A stretch of DNA of 64,000 nucleotides from an uncultured Nitrososphaeraceae archaeon (lineage in GTDB: Archaea; Thermoproteota; Nitrososphaeria; Nitrososphaerales; Nitrososphaeraceae), in contig CAVXZB010000041.1 in the NCBI GenBank assembly GCA_963765895.1, positions 32,001-96,000 of the forward strand, written 5' to 3'. Position 1 is the first letter of the stretch; each line of letters opens with the position of its first letter. Positions 48,752-58,865 of this stretch are shown piece by piece. The notes beneath the pieces were generated by a model. It made no database searches and had not been told where the DNA came from. It saw only the letters and a program-made list of their open reading frames with translations. The position numbers were made by a program, and so were the translations under genes.

Positions 48752-49579
48752 ATGATCAAACAAGTATGCCGGTTGCTGCCATTCAACGAAAGTACTGTAG
48801 TAAAAGACGATGAAGTTGAGAAAGCAGTGAATGCATTGCAGAAACAGGTTAATAATGATTTGTCGAAATACTGGGGAAAAAGTGCGAAGCTTACATTTGT
48901 ACCAAAAGGTCAAAAAATACCCCGTGATCAATGCTGGATGGCGATAATGGATAATACAGACCAAGCTGGGGCAGGTGGCTACCACGATCTTACTGACCAA
49001 GGCTTACCTATGGCTAAAGTATTTGCTAAGACAGAAATGGATCATGGTAATGAATGGACAACTGCTGCTTCTCACGAACTCTGTGAGATGACTATAGATC
49101 CATGGATAAATCTAGCCGCTATTATAGAAAACGAAGATCATGGTATGAGATTATGGGCTTACGAAGTAAGTGATCCCTGTGAGATAGATGCACAAGGATA
49201 CAAAATAGACGGAGTTTTAGTATCTGATTTTATCACCCCACAATGGTATGAACCTGGAGCAATAAATTATCGAAATGTCAAGTTTGACCATATGGGCCAT
49301 CTAAAACAACCATTTGAAATATTGGAAGGTGGCTATGGACAAGTATTTGATATACTCAAAGGCAATGGATGGCAACAAATAACAGCCAAGAAACCAGGCC
49401 CATCAGATTTGCAGCTTTTAGAAAGTAAAGGATCCGCGGAGTCAAGAAGAACGTATATTGTATCTGCAATGGACGCAAATTATTATGAGTATAGACAAAG
49501 ACCTTATCTAGGTAGTAGAAGAGAGAGAAGAAGATCACCACGCCATATGTGGCTAAGGAGTCAGATCCGGAATCGTTAA
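48752..49579 (+). CDS. Hypothetical protein, probable zincin-like metalloprotein
   Basis: GYHD, ASHELCEMTIDP (HExxE variant) and YEVSDPCE. Confidence 0.65.
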   Translation: MIKQVCRLLPFNESTVVKDDEVEKAVNALQKQVNNDLSKYWGKSAKLTFVPKGQKIPRDQCWMAIMDNTDQAGAGGYHDLTDQGLPMAKVFAKTEMDHGNEWTTAASHELCEMTIDPWINLAAIIENEDHGMRLWAYEVSDPCEIDAQGYKIDGVLVSDFITPQWYEPGAINYRNVKFDHMGHLKQPFEILEGGYGQVFDILKGNGWQQITAKKPGPSDLQLLESKGSAESRRTYIVSAMDANYYEYRQRPYLGSRRERRRSPRHMWLRSQIRNR

Positions 49580-49706
49580 AGAACAAAGATATAGCCATTC
49601 TTTTTCTGTTTTGTCGATTATCTTATTCTTTTACTATCTTATTTATTTTAATCAACAATACTGCATTTTAGTTACATTACATAATTTTAATGAGAAATAT
49701 TAAGAC

Positions 49707-50249
49707 TTATTTCGCTAAGATATTCAACATGAATGGCTGTTTGATAATAAAGTTAGCTTGGTCATAAGAATACAATAATTGTAGTAGAACAGTAAGTTTT
49801 CCGGGGTTTATTGCTAAATATTGTGTTTCCCCATCAAACCTCTGAATAGTACCAATAGATAATGTAGTTGATTTTCCAGGAGACAGTGCAATATTATAAT
49901 AATTCTTGACGGTGCAAAACCCGTGGTGTACAATATCTATATTCTTTTCAAAGGTGGCAGTTAACGGGTGTGTACATCCAATAGAAGAAAGTGTTACACT
50001 TTTAGGCGAATTATTTGATACAGTAACAATTATTTTGAAAATATCTTCTACATGTACTGGTGAGGGTACAGTATGAATGTGAACGAGCATTACTGCGTTA
50101 GAGGATGATAAACTTCTGGAAGAGGCAGATGAAGCAAGCGCAGGTACAACATTATCGCTGATTATACTTTGCATTTCTGGAGCCAAAACTATTATGGATA
50201 GCGCAATAGTTATCATCAAATATTCTGTTCTCCACTGGGAAGATCTCAT
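49707..50249 (-). CDS. Hypothetical secreted beta-sandwich protein
   Basis: Hydrophobic leader and a Cys pair. Confidence 0.6.
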   Translation of the reverse strand: MRSSQWRTEYLMITIALSIIVLAPEMQSIISDNVVPALASSASSRSLSSSNAVMLVHIHTVPSPVHVEDIFKIIVTVSNNSPKSVTLSSIGCTHPLTATFEKNIDIVHHGFCTVKNYYNIALSPGKSTTLSIGTIQRFDGETQYLAINPGKLTVLLQLLYSYDQANFIIKQPFMLNILAK

Positions 50250-50524
50250 TGATAATCGACTCCAGTACCGGTCGTAACATTAAGTATTGTCATAACACAA
50301 GTTAACGACTTATTGTCTTTAATTGTGAATTTAATTGAGAATATATAAACATACATAGACTAGAGTCATATATGTGATATGTTCCGAATCCCTACCTTTA
50401 TCATCATTTGCGTTTTTGATAATAATCTATATCAGTGAATTATGGGTAAGCAAACACAAAATACTCGACATAGAGAAGACCGATCTATAACTAAGGACTG
50501 ATAGGAGTTCAATTAATTGAGATA

Positions 50525-50541
50525 TTTTTCGGCGCCGAAAA
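50525..50541. promoter_or_regulatory. Dispersed palindrome copy (TTTTTCGGCGCCGAAAA)
   Basis: Exact 16-bp core, intergenic, 0.9 kb from the intact parB-like gene. Confidence 0.87.
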
Positions 50542-50915
50542 ATTAGGCTCAACCTGGGAAAATTACAAAAAATAATGGTAATAACAGCAAATTTGTTCTT
50601 ATTGATTCACATTTAACCAGAATAATTACGAAGTATCGTCTAATACTTTCACGATTATTTACACCATTAACATCAATAGAGGATCTGCGTAACGAGTTGG
50701 GAAACTAGGTATTTTGGTACTGCCGCGTCTAACGAATATTTAGCTTTTTTCCTTCTTTCCAGCAAAACTGCAATTATAGATACTCCTCTTTGTTTATCTA
50801 TTCATCTGCAGAATAGCATCCATCAGGTATTATTTGGTAATAGCAATGCCACAAATATGGTGTCAGTTGATTATAGTACTAGACGAATGTGATTATATTT
50901 ATTTCAGGCAAGCTA

Positions 50916-51338
50916 TTAATCCTTGCTAATAATTTCTGCCATCACATGCTTTATCAAGTCTTCACTCGAAACTGGTTTTTTTATGAAGCATTTTACATCG
51001 AGCTTAGGAAATTGCTCCTTTAGAGAATCATAGTACTCCTCAAATGCAGTTATGAAGCAGACCTTTATATCAGAATCCTTTTTCCTAATCTTTTCGTATA
51101 ATTCAAAGCCATTAATTTTAGGCAATCGAATATCAATAATTACGAGATCATAATACTGTGGCTGGAAGGTGGACAGGGCTTTAAATGGGTCACTATAAAA
51201 TGTCACATGAAATCCTTGATCTTCTAAACAAGTTTTAAAAAATAAACTAACATCTTGTTCATCATCAATAACCAATATTCTTGGAATATACTTATCTTTT
51301 ATCAAGAGATCAGCTGCTAGGTATGGTTTATCCTTCAT
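50916..51338 (-). CDS. Stand-alone response regulator receiver protein
   Basis: ILVIDDE, DLVIIDIRLPKING (phospho-Asp), FITA and KKP. Confidence 0.92.
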   Translation of the reverse strand: MKDKPYLAADLLIKDKYIPRILVIDDEQDVSLFFKTCLEDQGFHVTFYSDPFKALSTFQPQYYDLVIIDIRLPKINGFELYEKIRKKDSDIKVCFITAFEEYYDSLKEQFPKLDVKCFIKKPVSSEDLIKHVMAEIISKD

Positions 51339-51467
51339 AATTATATATACAAGTCATATATGTCCTTTTAATATTATAATCCTTGACTATCACGTTTTCA
51401 ATATAATCTAATATTTTTTCCAAAATACGGCAAAATGGTTATATATAACCAGACAACGTAACTAATA

Positions 51468-52358
51468 TTGTCAAAGGAACTGACGACCTCTAACACAACA
51501 AGGGGATTGTTAGCAGATATCGATATTTATCAAATTAGACACCCACCTACTTTTTATAGATCTACTAAAACTAATCTAATGTTAGGGACCAAACAGCTAG
51601 CTGAACTTTCCAAATCCATTGTACGACAGGGCCTTTTGCAACCAATCGTTGTCAGAGCAAAGGCAAGAACAAATCACTTTGAAATAGTTTCGGGAAACCG
51701 CAGATATGAGGCGTGTAAAGCATTAGGTTGGCGAAAGATGGTTTGTCATGTTCTAGAACTAGATGATAGAAATGCATTTGAGGTAACATTAATTGAAAAT
51801 ATTCAAAGGGAAAATCTTGATCCAATAGAAGAAGCTCGTGCATTTAAAATTTACGTAGAAGAGTATGGATGGGGTGGAATATCTGACTTGGCATCGAGAT
51901 TGGGTAAGAGTGCTAGCTATGTAGATAAACGTATAAAGCTTTTGGACTCACCTGCCGAGATAATCGAAAGCTTATCTAATCATTCAATTAGTCCTAGTAT
52001 TGTTGAAGAATTAAGCCCCATCAATGATCAGAAAGTAGTAAGTGATCTTGTTGAGATGATAAATAAAAAAGGACTGTCTTCTAGGAAGGTACGAAAGCTA
52101 GTAAAGGAATACAAGAAAGAATCCTCTCTAGAGATCTATAATTTTCATGACACCGAGGACAAAATCGTAGATATCGATAGAATGGTCCAAAATTCTTTTG
52201 ATAAATCGATAGTTGCATTGAGAATCGCCGCCAGCAGAGTAGCTACAATAGTAGAGAGTATGGAAGACAACTGGATTATACATGAAATCTTAATGCAGCA
52301 TAAAATGATGTTGCATTCGCAGATAGATGTGTTAATAAAAGAAAAGAAAAAGCTTTGA
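51468..52358 (+). CDS. ParB/Spo0J-family protein (paralog 2, intact)
   Basis: GLLQPIVVR, IVSGNRRY, ENIQRENLDPIEEA and HTH GISDLASRLGKSASYVDKRIKLL. Confidence 0.93.
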   Translation: MSKELTTSNTTRGLLADIDIYQIRHPPTFYRSTKTNLMLGTKQLAELSKSIVRQGLLQPIVVRAKARTNHFEIVSGNRRYEACKALGWRKMVCHVLELDDRNAFEVTLIENIQRENLDPIEEARAFKIYVEEYGWGGISDLASRLGKSASYVDKRIKLLDSPAEIIESLSNHSISPSIVEELSPINDQKVVSDLVEMINKKGLSSRKVRKLVKEYKKESSLEIYNFHDTEDKIVDIDRMVQNSFDKSIVALRIAASRVATIVESMEDNWIIHEILMQHKMMLHSQIDVLIKEKKKL

Positions 52359-52388
52359 ACATATTATCTGGTCACATGTTGGAACAAA

Positions 52389-53288
52389 TTATAAGGTGTT
52401 TGAATTCATCTTCTTCTTCCTTTGTTACTATTTTGTGCCAAGCATCTGTGAATCCATCAGAATATGCAACATTTCCTGGTGAAACAGGAATTGGCGTTTG
52501 ATATTATAAAAATCATGAAATTCCAATCCTCTTCCACATCGGTAATAATTTCAGATATTCTATTCATAGCAATCCTTAAGGCATTGATAGTCTTATCAAA
52601 TGCTCTTTTACCTATCAAAATATGTCTATTATAAATCTGATTAGCATATATCTCAGTGCTGACATCTCTGTAAAGGCGTAAGAAATTACGAGTTTTCCTT
52701 AAAGACATCTGTCTATTAATTATGAGTGAAGCGAGCCTTGACTATTCAGAATTATCCCTTACTGAAAGCAATTCCTCTGCAATACTTGTTGACAATTCCT
52801 TATTTGTTAGAGCTTCAAGAACTTCTGCTGGAAGATCAAGTAATTTGATGCGCTTGGAAATATAACTTATACTTTTACCAATTCGACACGATAAATCTGA
52901 TATCCCTCCCCAACCAAAATTTGAGGTATACATTTTGAAGGCCACCCTTCATCCATTGGATTATAGATTCTTTTGTATATTTTCTAAAAAACTAATCTCA
53001 AATGCATTTCTGTCGTCACATTCTACAATATGACAAGATATCTTTTTTGAAACCCAAGGTTTTATATGCCATAAACCTCCTGTTACCCGCAACAAGTTCA
53101 AAATCGGAATCCATGGGCCTAACCAAAATTGGTTGTAGTAATCCCTTTTGCATAATTGAAGCCGAGAGATCTTCAATATTTGTCACATTTCTATGAATAT
53201 TTTGCGACTGCCTAAGTTTTGAAGATCTATGTCTTCAAAAAAAAACTAGAGGAGACTAGGGAAGATATCTGGCGTACGTTTTTGGCAT
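52389..53288 (-). pseudogene. ParB/Spo0J-family protein (paralog 3), multiply frameshifted, convergent with paralog 2
   Basis: KGLLQPILVRP, LVAGNRRF, LENIQ, GWGGISDLSCRIGKSISYISKRIKLL and AFDKTINALRIAMNR. The lower coordinate is approximate. Confidence 0.87.
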
Positions 53289-53486
53289 CTCGATTCCCAC
53301 ATATGGGATTTAATATATACTGTTTCCTATACTAATCACTTTATTAGTTAAACTCCAATATTAGCAAATCGTATATTTAATCTATCACAACCTGTGACAC
53401 ACCATGATATGATAGAATCCTAATATGGCGTTCGACTGAAGCGGCGACGATATGGAGGATGGTATCTGGACTCGCTGATTCGGCCC

Positions 53487-55148
53487 TCAGTGCTGCCTGC
53501 TTGCTAGCTTGAGGGTAAGGGAAGCAACATGAGCTGATATCCCGTCGTAAAATGCAGCCAAGTGCTCCTTCATTTTTGTCCTCGACTTCGGTTTAGACAA
53601 ATTGTCCAGATAAATCATATGCCCAGACTCATAATTGTGAAATTCAAGGTTATCGAGGCTCGTTGGGTTGCCTATAGGCATATTTTTTAAATCCAACTTA
53701 GTTTGGAAGAACGGTGTCACAGCGTCATAATATCCATTTGCACAAAAGACTTTGAGGTATGGGTTTATCTCCATAGACGCTGCTAGATCGCCGGCTGTGT
53801 ATAGAGGTTCTAGTCCGCTCTTTTTGGCTCCGGTTGGATCGGTGTGTTCAAAATTCCATATTTCAGCGACAAGAGGGTTAAGGGCTATGAACGGAGATGT
53901 TGATATATACTTGAGCTCTTCATTTAGGTACACGTTCCACATGGCGGTATAAACTCCACCCACAGCAGTTATGGTGGGATCATTTCCCCCAGACTTTGGA
54001 TCCACAGACCCGGCGATTCCTGTATCATTTGAATTGACACGGCCATCGTACTGACCCAATACTCTATCCTGCAAAAGGCTTTTCAGAAAAATTGTGTTGC
54101 CCTCTATGGCAGGATCGAGATTCCAATCCTCAAGTACCTCGGATGGGATCCCGATAAACTGGCTCAGAGATTGAACTGTGGCTGGATCTCCCTTTGTATA
54201 GGTTGCCTTCGCGGCAGCAAACGGCCCGGTCGCGAAGTCCTCGACCTGCTTCATAAAACTGTCCAGGTCGGTTGGAAGTGGCGACACTGTCACCTTACCG
54301 TAGAACAATGCATCAGCTGCAAAAGTTGGAAGTAGACCAATAGGATTGGATATTTGAGAAAAGTCCAGAATTGAAGACTGCAATATTATTCCGTTCAGAT
54401 CCACACCATCTTCATGAAGCAACCAAGTTAACACACAGGTTCGCGGTGTCCCATATGATTCTCCGAATAGGAATTTTGGTGAATTCCAGCGACCATAGCT
54501 AGTTAGATAACGCTTTATAAATTGCTTAATTGATTGTGCGTCTGTATCTACACCCCAGAAATCCTGGTTTTTCGCAGGAGCGATCGCTGCAGAGTATCCG
54601 GTTCCCACAGGGTTTATGAAGACAAGGTCGGTGCGGTCGAGCAGACTATCGGCATTGTCTTCCAACGCGTAAGGCGGAGGGGTAAACTCAGGCAGGTTCG
54701 TCTTAATGCATCGTGGTCCAAATGACCCTAGCAATAGAAACACAGAAGATGATCCCGGACCCCCGTTATAAAAGAAAGTCACAGGACGGCTAGACGCGGC
54801 GACATCGTTGGCAGTGAATGATACATAAAAGATCTTGGCATAAGGTAGCGCGGTATCTTGATCGTATACCACGAGATGACCAGCGCTGGCAGCATATGAT
54901 ATAGTAGTCCCATTGATCGTGATATTATGCTGTGTAACTACAGCTTTCTCGATAGTATCACTTATTGAATCTTTTGGGCCTGGCCCGTATGCTGTATTAT
55001 CGACAAGCGGTTGGTCTGACGACTTAGCTTGGACTAGAACTGATTCATCCATGTTGGGCTCTTCCTCCCCAAAGGTATCTGGCAGCCCTGATTCTCCAGA
55101 TGCCAACCAAACGACATGCACCATCAGACTTCTCTTGACTGGCTTCAT
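53487..55148 (-). CDS. S10 serine carboxypeptidase (start may be the Met at about 55052)
   Basis: FFYNGGPGSSS, NPVGTGYS, GESYG, GYYDAVTP and YESGHMIY. Confidence 0.93.
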   Translation of the reverse strand: MKPVKRSLMVHVVWLASGESGLPDTFGEEEPNMDESVLVQAKSSDQPLVDNTAYGPGPKDSISDTIEKAVVTQHNITINGTTISYAASAGHLVVYDQDTALPYAKIFYVSFTANDVAASSRPVTFFYNGGPGSSSVFLLLGSFGPRCIKTNLPEFTPPPYALEDNADSLLDRTDLVFINPVGTGYSAAIAPAKNQDFWGVDTDAQSIKQFIKRYLTSYGRWNSPKFLFGESYGTPRTCVLTWLLHEDGVDLNGIILQSSILDFSQISNPIGLLPTFAADALFYGKVTVSPLPTDLDSFMKQVEDFATGPFAAAKATYTKGDPATVQSLSQFIGIPSEVLEDWNLDPAIEGNTIFLKSLLQDRVLGQYDGRVNSNDTGIAGSVDPKSGGNDPTITAVGGVYTAMWNVYLNEELKYISTSPFIALNPLVAEIWNFEHTDPTGAKKSGLEPLYTAGDLAASMEINPYLKVFCANGYYDAVTPFFQTKLDLKNMPIGNPTSLDNLEFHNYESGHMIYLDNLSKPKSRTKMKEHLAAFYDGISAHVASLTLKLASRQH

Positions 55149-55308
55149 TCCATCCCCTCACACTACCTTCGAGAATTGAATGTGTTTGAAGATTATTCAT
55201 ATCTAATTAGAATCTTAATAAAGTGCCTCATAAGTTTTTTGCATAGGGAAAATCGAATTAGTTCGAACGATAGGAACGCAGATTAATTCGTTGAGTAAAG
55301 TGTAACAA

Positions 55309-55326
55309 TTTTTCGGTGCCGAAATA
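55309..55326. promoter_or_regulatory. Dispersed palindrome copy (TTTTTCGGTGCCGAAATA)
   Basis: Two mismatches, upstream of the S10 gene. Last copy seen in the window. Confidence 0.75.
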
Positions 55327-55729
55327 ATTTTTGTTTCCAACAGCTAGATAACATTTATAGATTCACTTTTACCTCCACCATTTTTGACATAATAATGTGA
55401 TTGAAAACTGATCCTCAGTCGAAGACAGTATTGAATGCAAAGATTATTAAGGATAAGGAAAAATGTGGTATATAAAATAGGCACAGTTTCCAGAATTATT
55501 TTCCGTATTTGAAATAATAGCTAATTATATTTTGGCTAATTTGAAAAATTAACAAATCTTTATATTCACAATAAACTTGAGTAATTCCAAAAGCTATCTC
55601 TCGTGCAGAACTATTCAAATATATAATATTAGGGGTTTGCCACTAGGTATAAGGGGGCTTTTTATCTTTTTGTTTGTCAAGAGCTGCGTGCTGTCTAAAA
55701 ATACTACATGTTATCTGTCAGTGTTGAGT

Positions 55730-56340
55730 TAACCTTGAAGGGATACTTTTCTAGCGACAACAACCTCATTTCCCTCCAGACCAATTATTTTAAGCATTTT
55801 TGATCCAGTAGTCGGTTTGGCAATGCTTAGGTTATTGATGCCGTCAGTGACATCTTGGTAAAGAATTGGTCCGCCATCTATATAAAGATCGATTCTAGAT
55901 ATCCAAGAATAGCCAATGGAATTTCCAAAGAACCATCCTGATTAGATATTGCAGCCTCAAGCCGCTGTACTGGCTTTGTTGCAAGGATCTAGATGCCCCT
56001 TTATCAAAATCCACGTTGTCGTTGGGCAAATTCGTACAGGTCCTATTGTATACGATATCTGGCTTTATTCCTGGGTTTTCTACTAATGTTCTAGCATGCT
56101 TTAAGGGTGTAGAAATAATCCTTGGAATGGTATCCCAATTCAACGGATTTTAGGCATTAATGGTAACAGTTCGTAGAAATGTCCTGGTCCTATGAATGTC
56201 TCTGGAATGCGTAGTTCAAAGTTTGGAGGGAGATAATTTTTTAGCTTATCTGATGATATGACATCTGTCACCATAAATAATCTCTCAGTACTTGGTTGCT
56301 TACTATTATTTGTAACTACCAACTGTATACGGAACGGAAG
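55730..56340 (-). pseudogene. Fragmented hypothetical gene
   Basis: Abutting minus-strand ORFs 56140-56322 and 55895-56143 with coding-like continuation. Boundaries are approximate. Confidence 0.4.
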
Positions 56341-56907
56341 TATGGCTATACAATTTGAAAATGATTCGGGTAAGAGATAACGTGTATGAAGATCTCGTAA
56401 TGAAGCAAAAATGTTAGCATTTTATCATGAAAACTTAATTCCTGGTCTGAATTGTTTGCGCTACTTTCTTCAAGTTTTACTCAGGAGAACCTTCAGTCAT
56501 TCTACAGGATTGACTGCATACATTGCAATTATCAAAGATGTACGTATACTTCAAACATTTCAATTGCCATTTCTACAATCACTTTCTAAACGTCAAGTGT
56601 TAAACCTTTTGTAGTAGAACGGAACTCTTTAAGTGTTTGGACTGCACTTATCTCGTTTGTATTTTTAAACATATTAATTCATCCCATTACGGTCTTTACG
56701 AAATAAATAGATAGGTAAAAACGATCTTGAATTTTCATATGTATTGTCTAAAGATGACATAGTCAATTGACTATAAAGCTTGTATTCTTATTATCATTGT
56801 CATATCCGTATCTGTTTGATGCAGAGTTAATACCGTCAGATATCATTGCCTCATAGAATATAATGAATTAGAGATGGATAACTCATCAAAAGCCTCATTA
56901 GCATATA

Positions 56908-57504
56908 TTGAACATTATTGAAAATACAGATATGAATAAAGAAAATATATATTCTGCAATTGAGAAAAAAGTAAATGAAGAATATTTTACTGGGCAAGTT
57001 ACTTTACGAGAGATCTTTAGCGAACAAGTACATAATGAACAAGAAATTTATCATGTAACATTTCATAACGGAGCAAGAACCACATTACATTATCATGAAT
57101 CGGATCAAATACTTGTTGCCACGAGTGGAAAAGGAGTAGTTGGTTTAATCAAAGGAACAAGGGTTAGCAATTTTGAAATTGATGAAAAGGATATAATATT
57201 TTTTGAAGAAGAGGGAGATACTGTTTACATACCGGCAAACAGATTACATTTTCATGGTGCAATTAATGGATCAAGTGGTAAAGGAGATTTTTCACATTTG
57301 GCCATAAGAAAAATGTATTTAAATAATATAACACTGGCCGTCAAGGCAAAAAATGAATGGGAATATGATCTAATCGCAAAAGAAATAGGAAATAAGGATC
57401 CTATAATCATAAAGCAAATCGCAAAAAATATTTCAGAGAAGATTCAAGCAGATATATTAATGAGATTAGAACGAGGAAAAAATAAACCTAATAGTTTATC
57501 ATAA
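56908..57504 (+). CDS. Cupin domain protein
   Basis: GARTTLHYHESDQIL...GDTVYIPANRLHFHGA. Confidence 0.88.
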   Translation: MNIIENTDMNKENIYSAIEKKVNEEYFTGQVTLREIFSEQVHNEQEIYHVTFHNGARTTLHYHESDQILVATSGKGVVGLIKGTRVSNFEIDEKDIIFFEEEGDTVYIPANRLHFHGAINGSSGKGDFSHLAIRKMYLNNITLAVKAKNEWEYDLIAKEIGNKDPIIIKQIAKNISEKIQADILMRLERGKNKPNSLS

Positions 57505-57649
57505 TTAGTATTATTTCCCTCTTGGATCGCATGATATTATCTTAACGACCCTATTGAAGTACCTTTGATATTCTTCATCCTATTTCCAAGTCTACTAAAT
57601 TAGAAAAATAAGTGGATTACAGAATAAAGTTAATAGTTGACAATTATAC

Positions 57650-58557
57650 TTACCGACGCTCCAATGCATGTCGATCCCATTTTGCATTCGTCGCAGCTGC
57701 TTCATATGTGCTCTGCAGGAATGAGAGCAAGATATCATCAGGTGACTTTGCGGTACGGACCACATTATAAGATAAGACAAACTCTCTCATAGTAGTGTGA
57801 TAGAATGCCTCTGGTGGTTGTAGTTGGTATCCGAAGCCCTTAGGCTCTGGATAAGCATATGAGTAGAAGATTGGTTCATCAATAGGGCCTCCGCCTGGCC
57901 AGAAACCGCAACTACTCACCTCGTGAGAGTAAGCTTCTACAGTTACAAATCTAGCCAAGTTTGGCGCACCCGGATGAGCAGGCGCGGGACGTCCTGAAAA
58001 GCGTGTGACAGCCAGATCAAAAGCTCCCCAGAAAAAATGGACTGGACTAACTTTGCCGGTAAACCTACAACGAAACTCTGTAAACACCCTGCTAGCCTGA
58101 GCTAGAATACGCCAGAATCGCTGGGCATAGTTGGTATCATATGCAGAGTGTTTTTGATCCTTCTCAAATGGAATTCGATCTGACACTTCCACAGGTGTGG
58201 TCCAAATGGTTAATGGCATTCCTAGCGATCCTAGGGCTGCCATTACTTCTTTATAAAAATCGGCTACTGAGCGAGGCCTGAGAACGATTATTTTGGTAGA
58301 CCCATCAGCAGTTTCGATTATTATAAGTGATCGATGAAATCAAAGTTTATTTGAAATAATCGACTGTTGTAAGACATAGCTGATGTCGTGAGTCCCCTAG
58401 GTGATAAATACAGGGTAGAATTCCACCAATGATTTTCTAGATGAGTTAGCGCTAGTCTGATCTTGCCGACTATTTGGGTCCAAATGTGCAATGTTTCATA
58501 GGTGTCTTTCCATTCTGCTAGCGGCAATTCTGGCCACAGATTTGTTGTAGTTGTCAT
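57650..58557 (-). CDS. DUF5996-like protein split by a frameshift near 58320
   Basis: WPELPLAEWKDTYETLH.WTQIVGK, SPVHFFWGAFDLAVTRFSG and FYSYAYPEP. Confidence 0.82.
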
Positions 58558-58865
58558 TTCGTTAATTCCCTATTATACCGAACTGAAACGCCTTGCGATA
58601 AAAAACAATAGCTCTCAATCCAGAGAGTTTCGTTATGAACTGAAATAAGTTTTGTTAGTCGAGGTTCAGGGACAGGTTTCATATTAATATATTACAGAAT
58701 AAGATATATAATAGCTTGACTCGAAATAAATCTTATATATAGGCATGAGTAAATAGAGATACGCCTGAAAAACCAACCACTAACAACCATCTATCATACT
58801 ATACAATTCATACCATTCCTTCGTTTGTAAATAACGTAAAGAAATTTACAAGAAATGAAAAGCGG

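Noticed and set aside
2766-55326. Palindrome as a CRISPR repeat, REP/MITE or integron attC site
   Set aside because: Copies are kilobases apart with no spacer periodicity, no shared flanks or target duplications, and no GTTRRRY/RYYYAAC cores. No cas genes are present.
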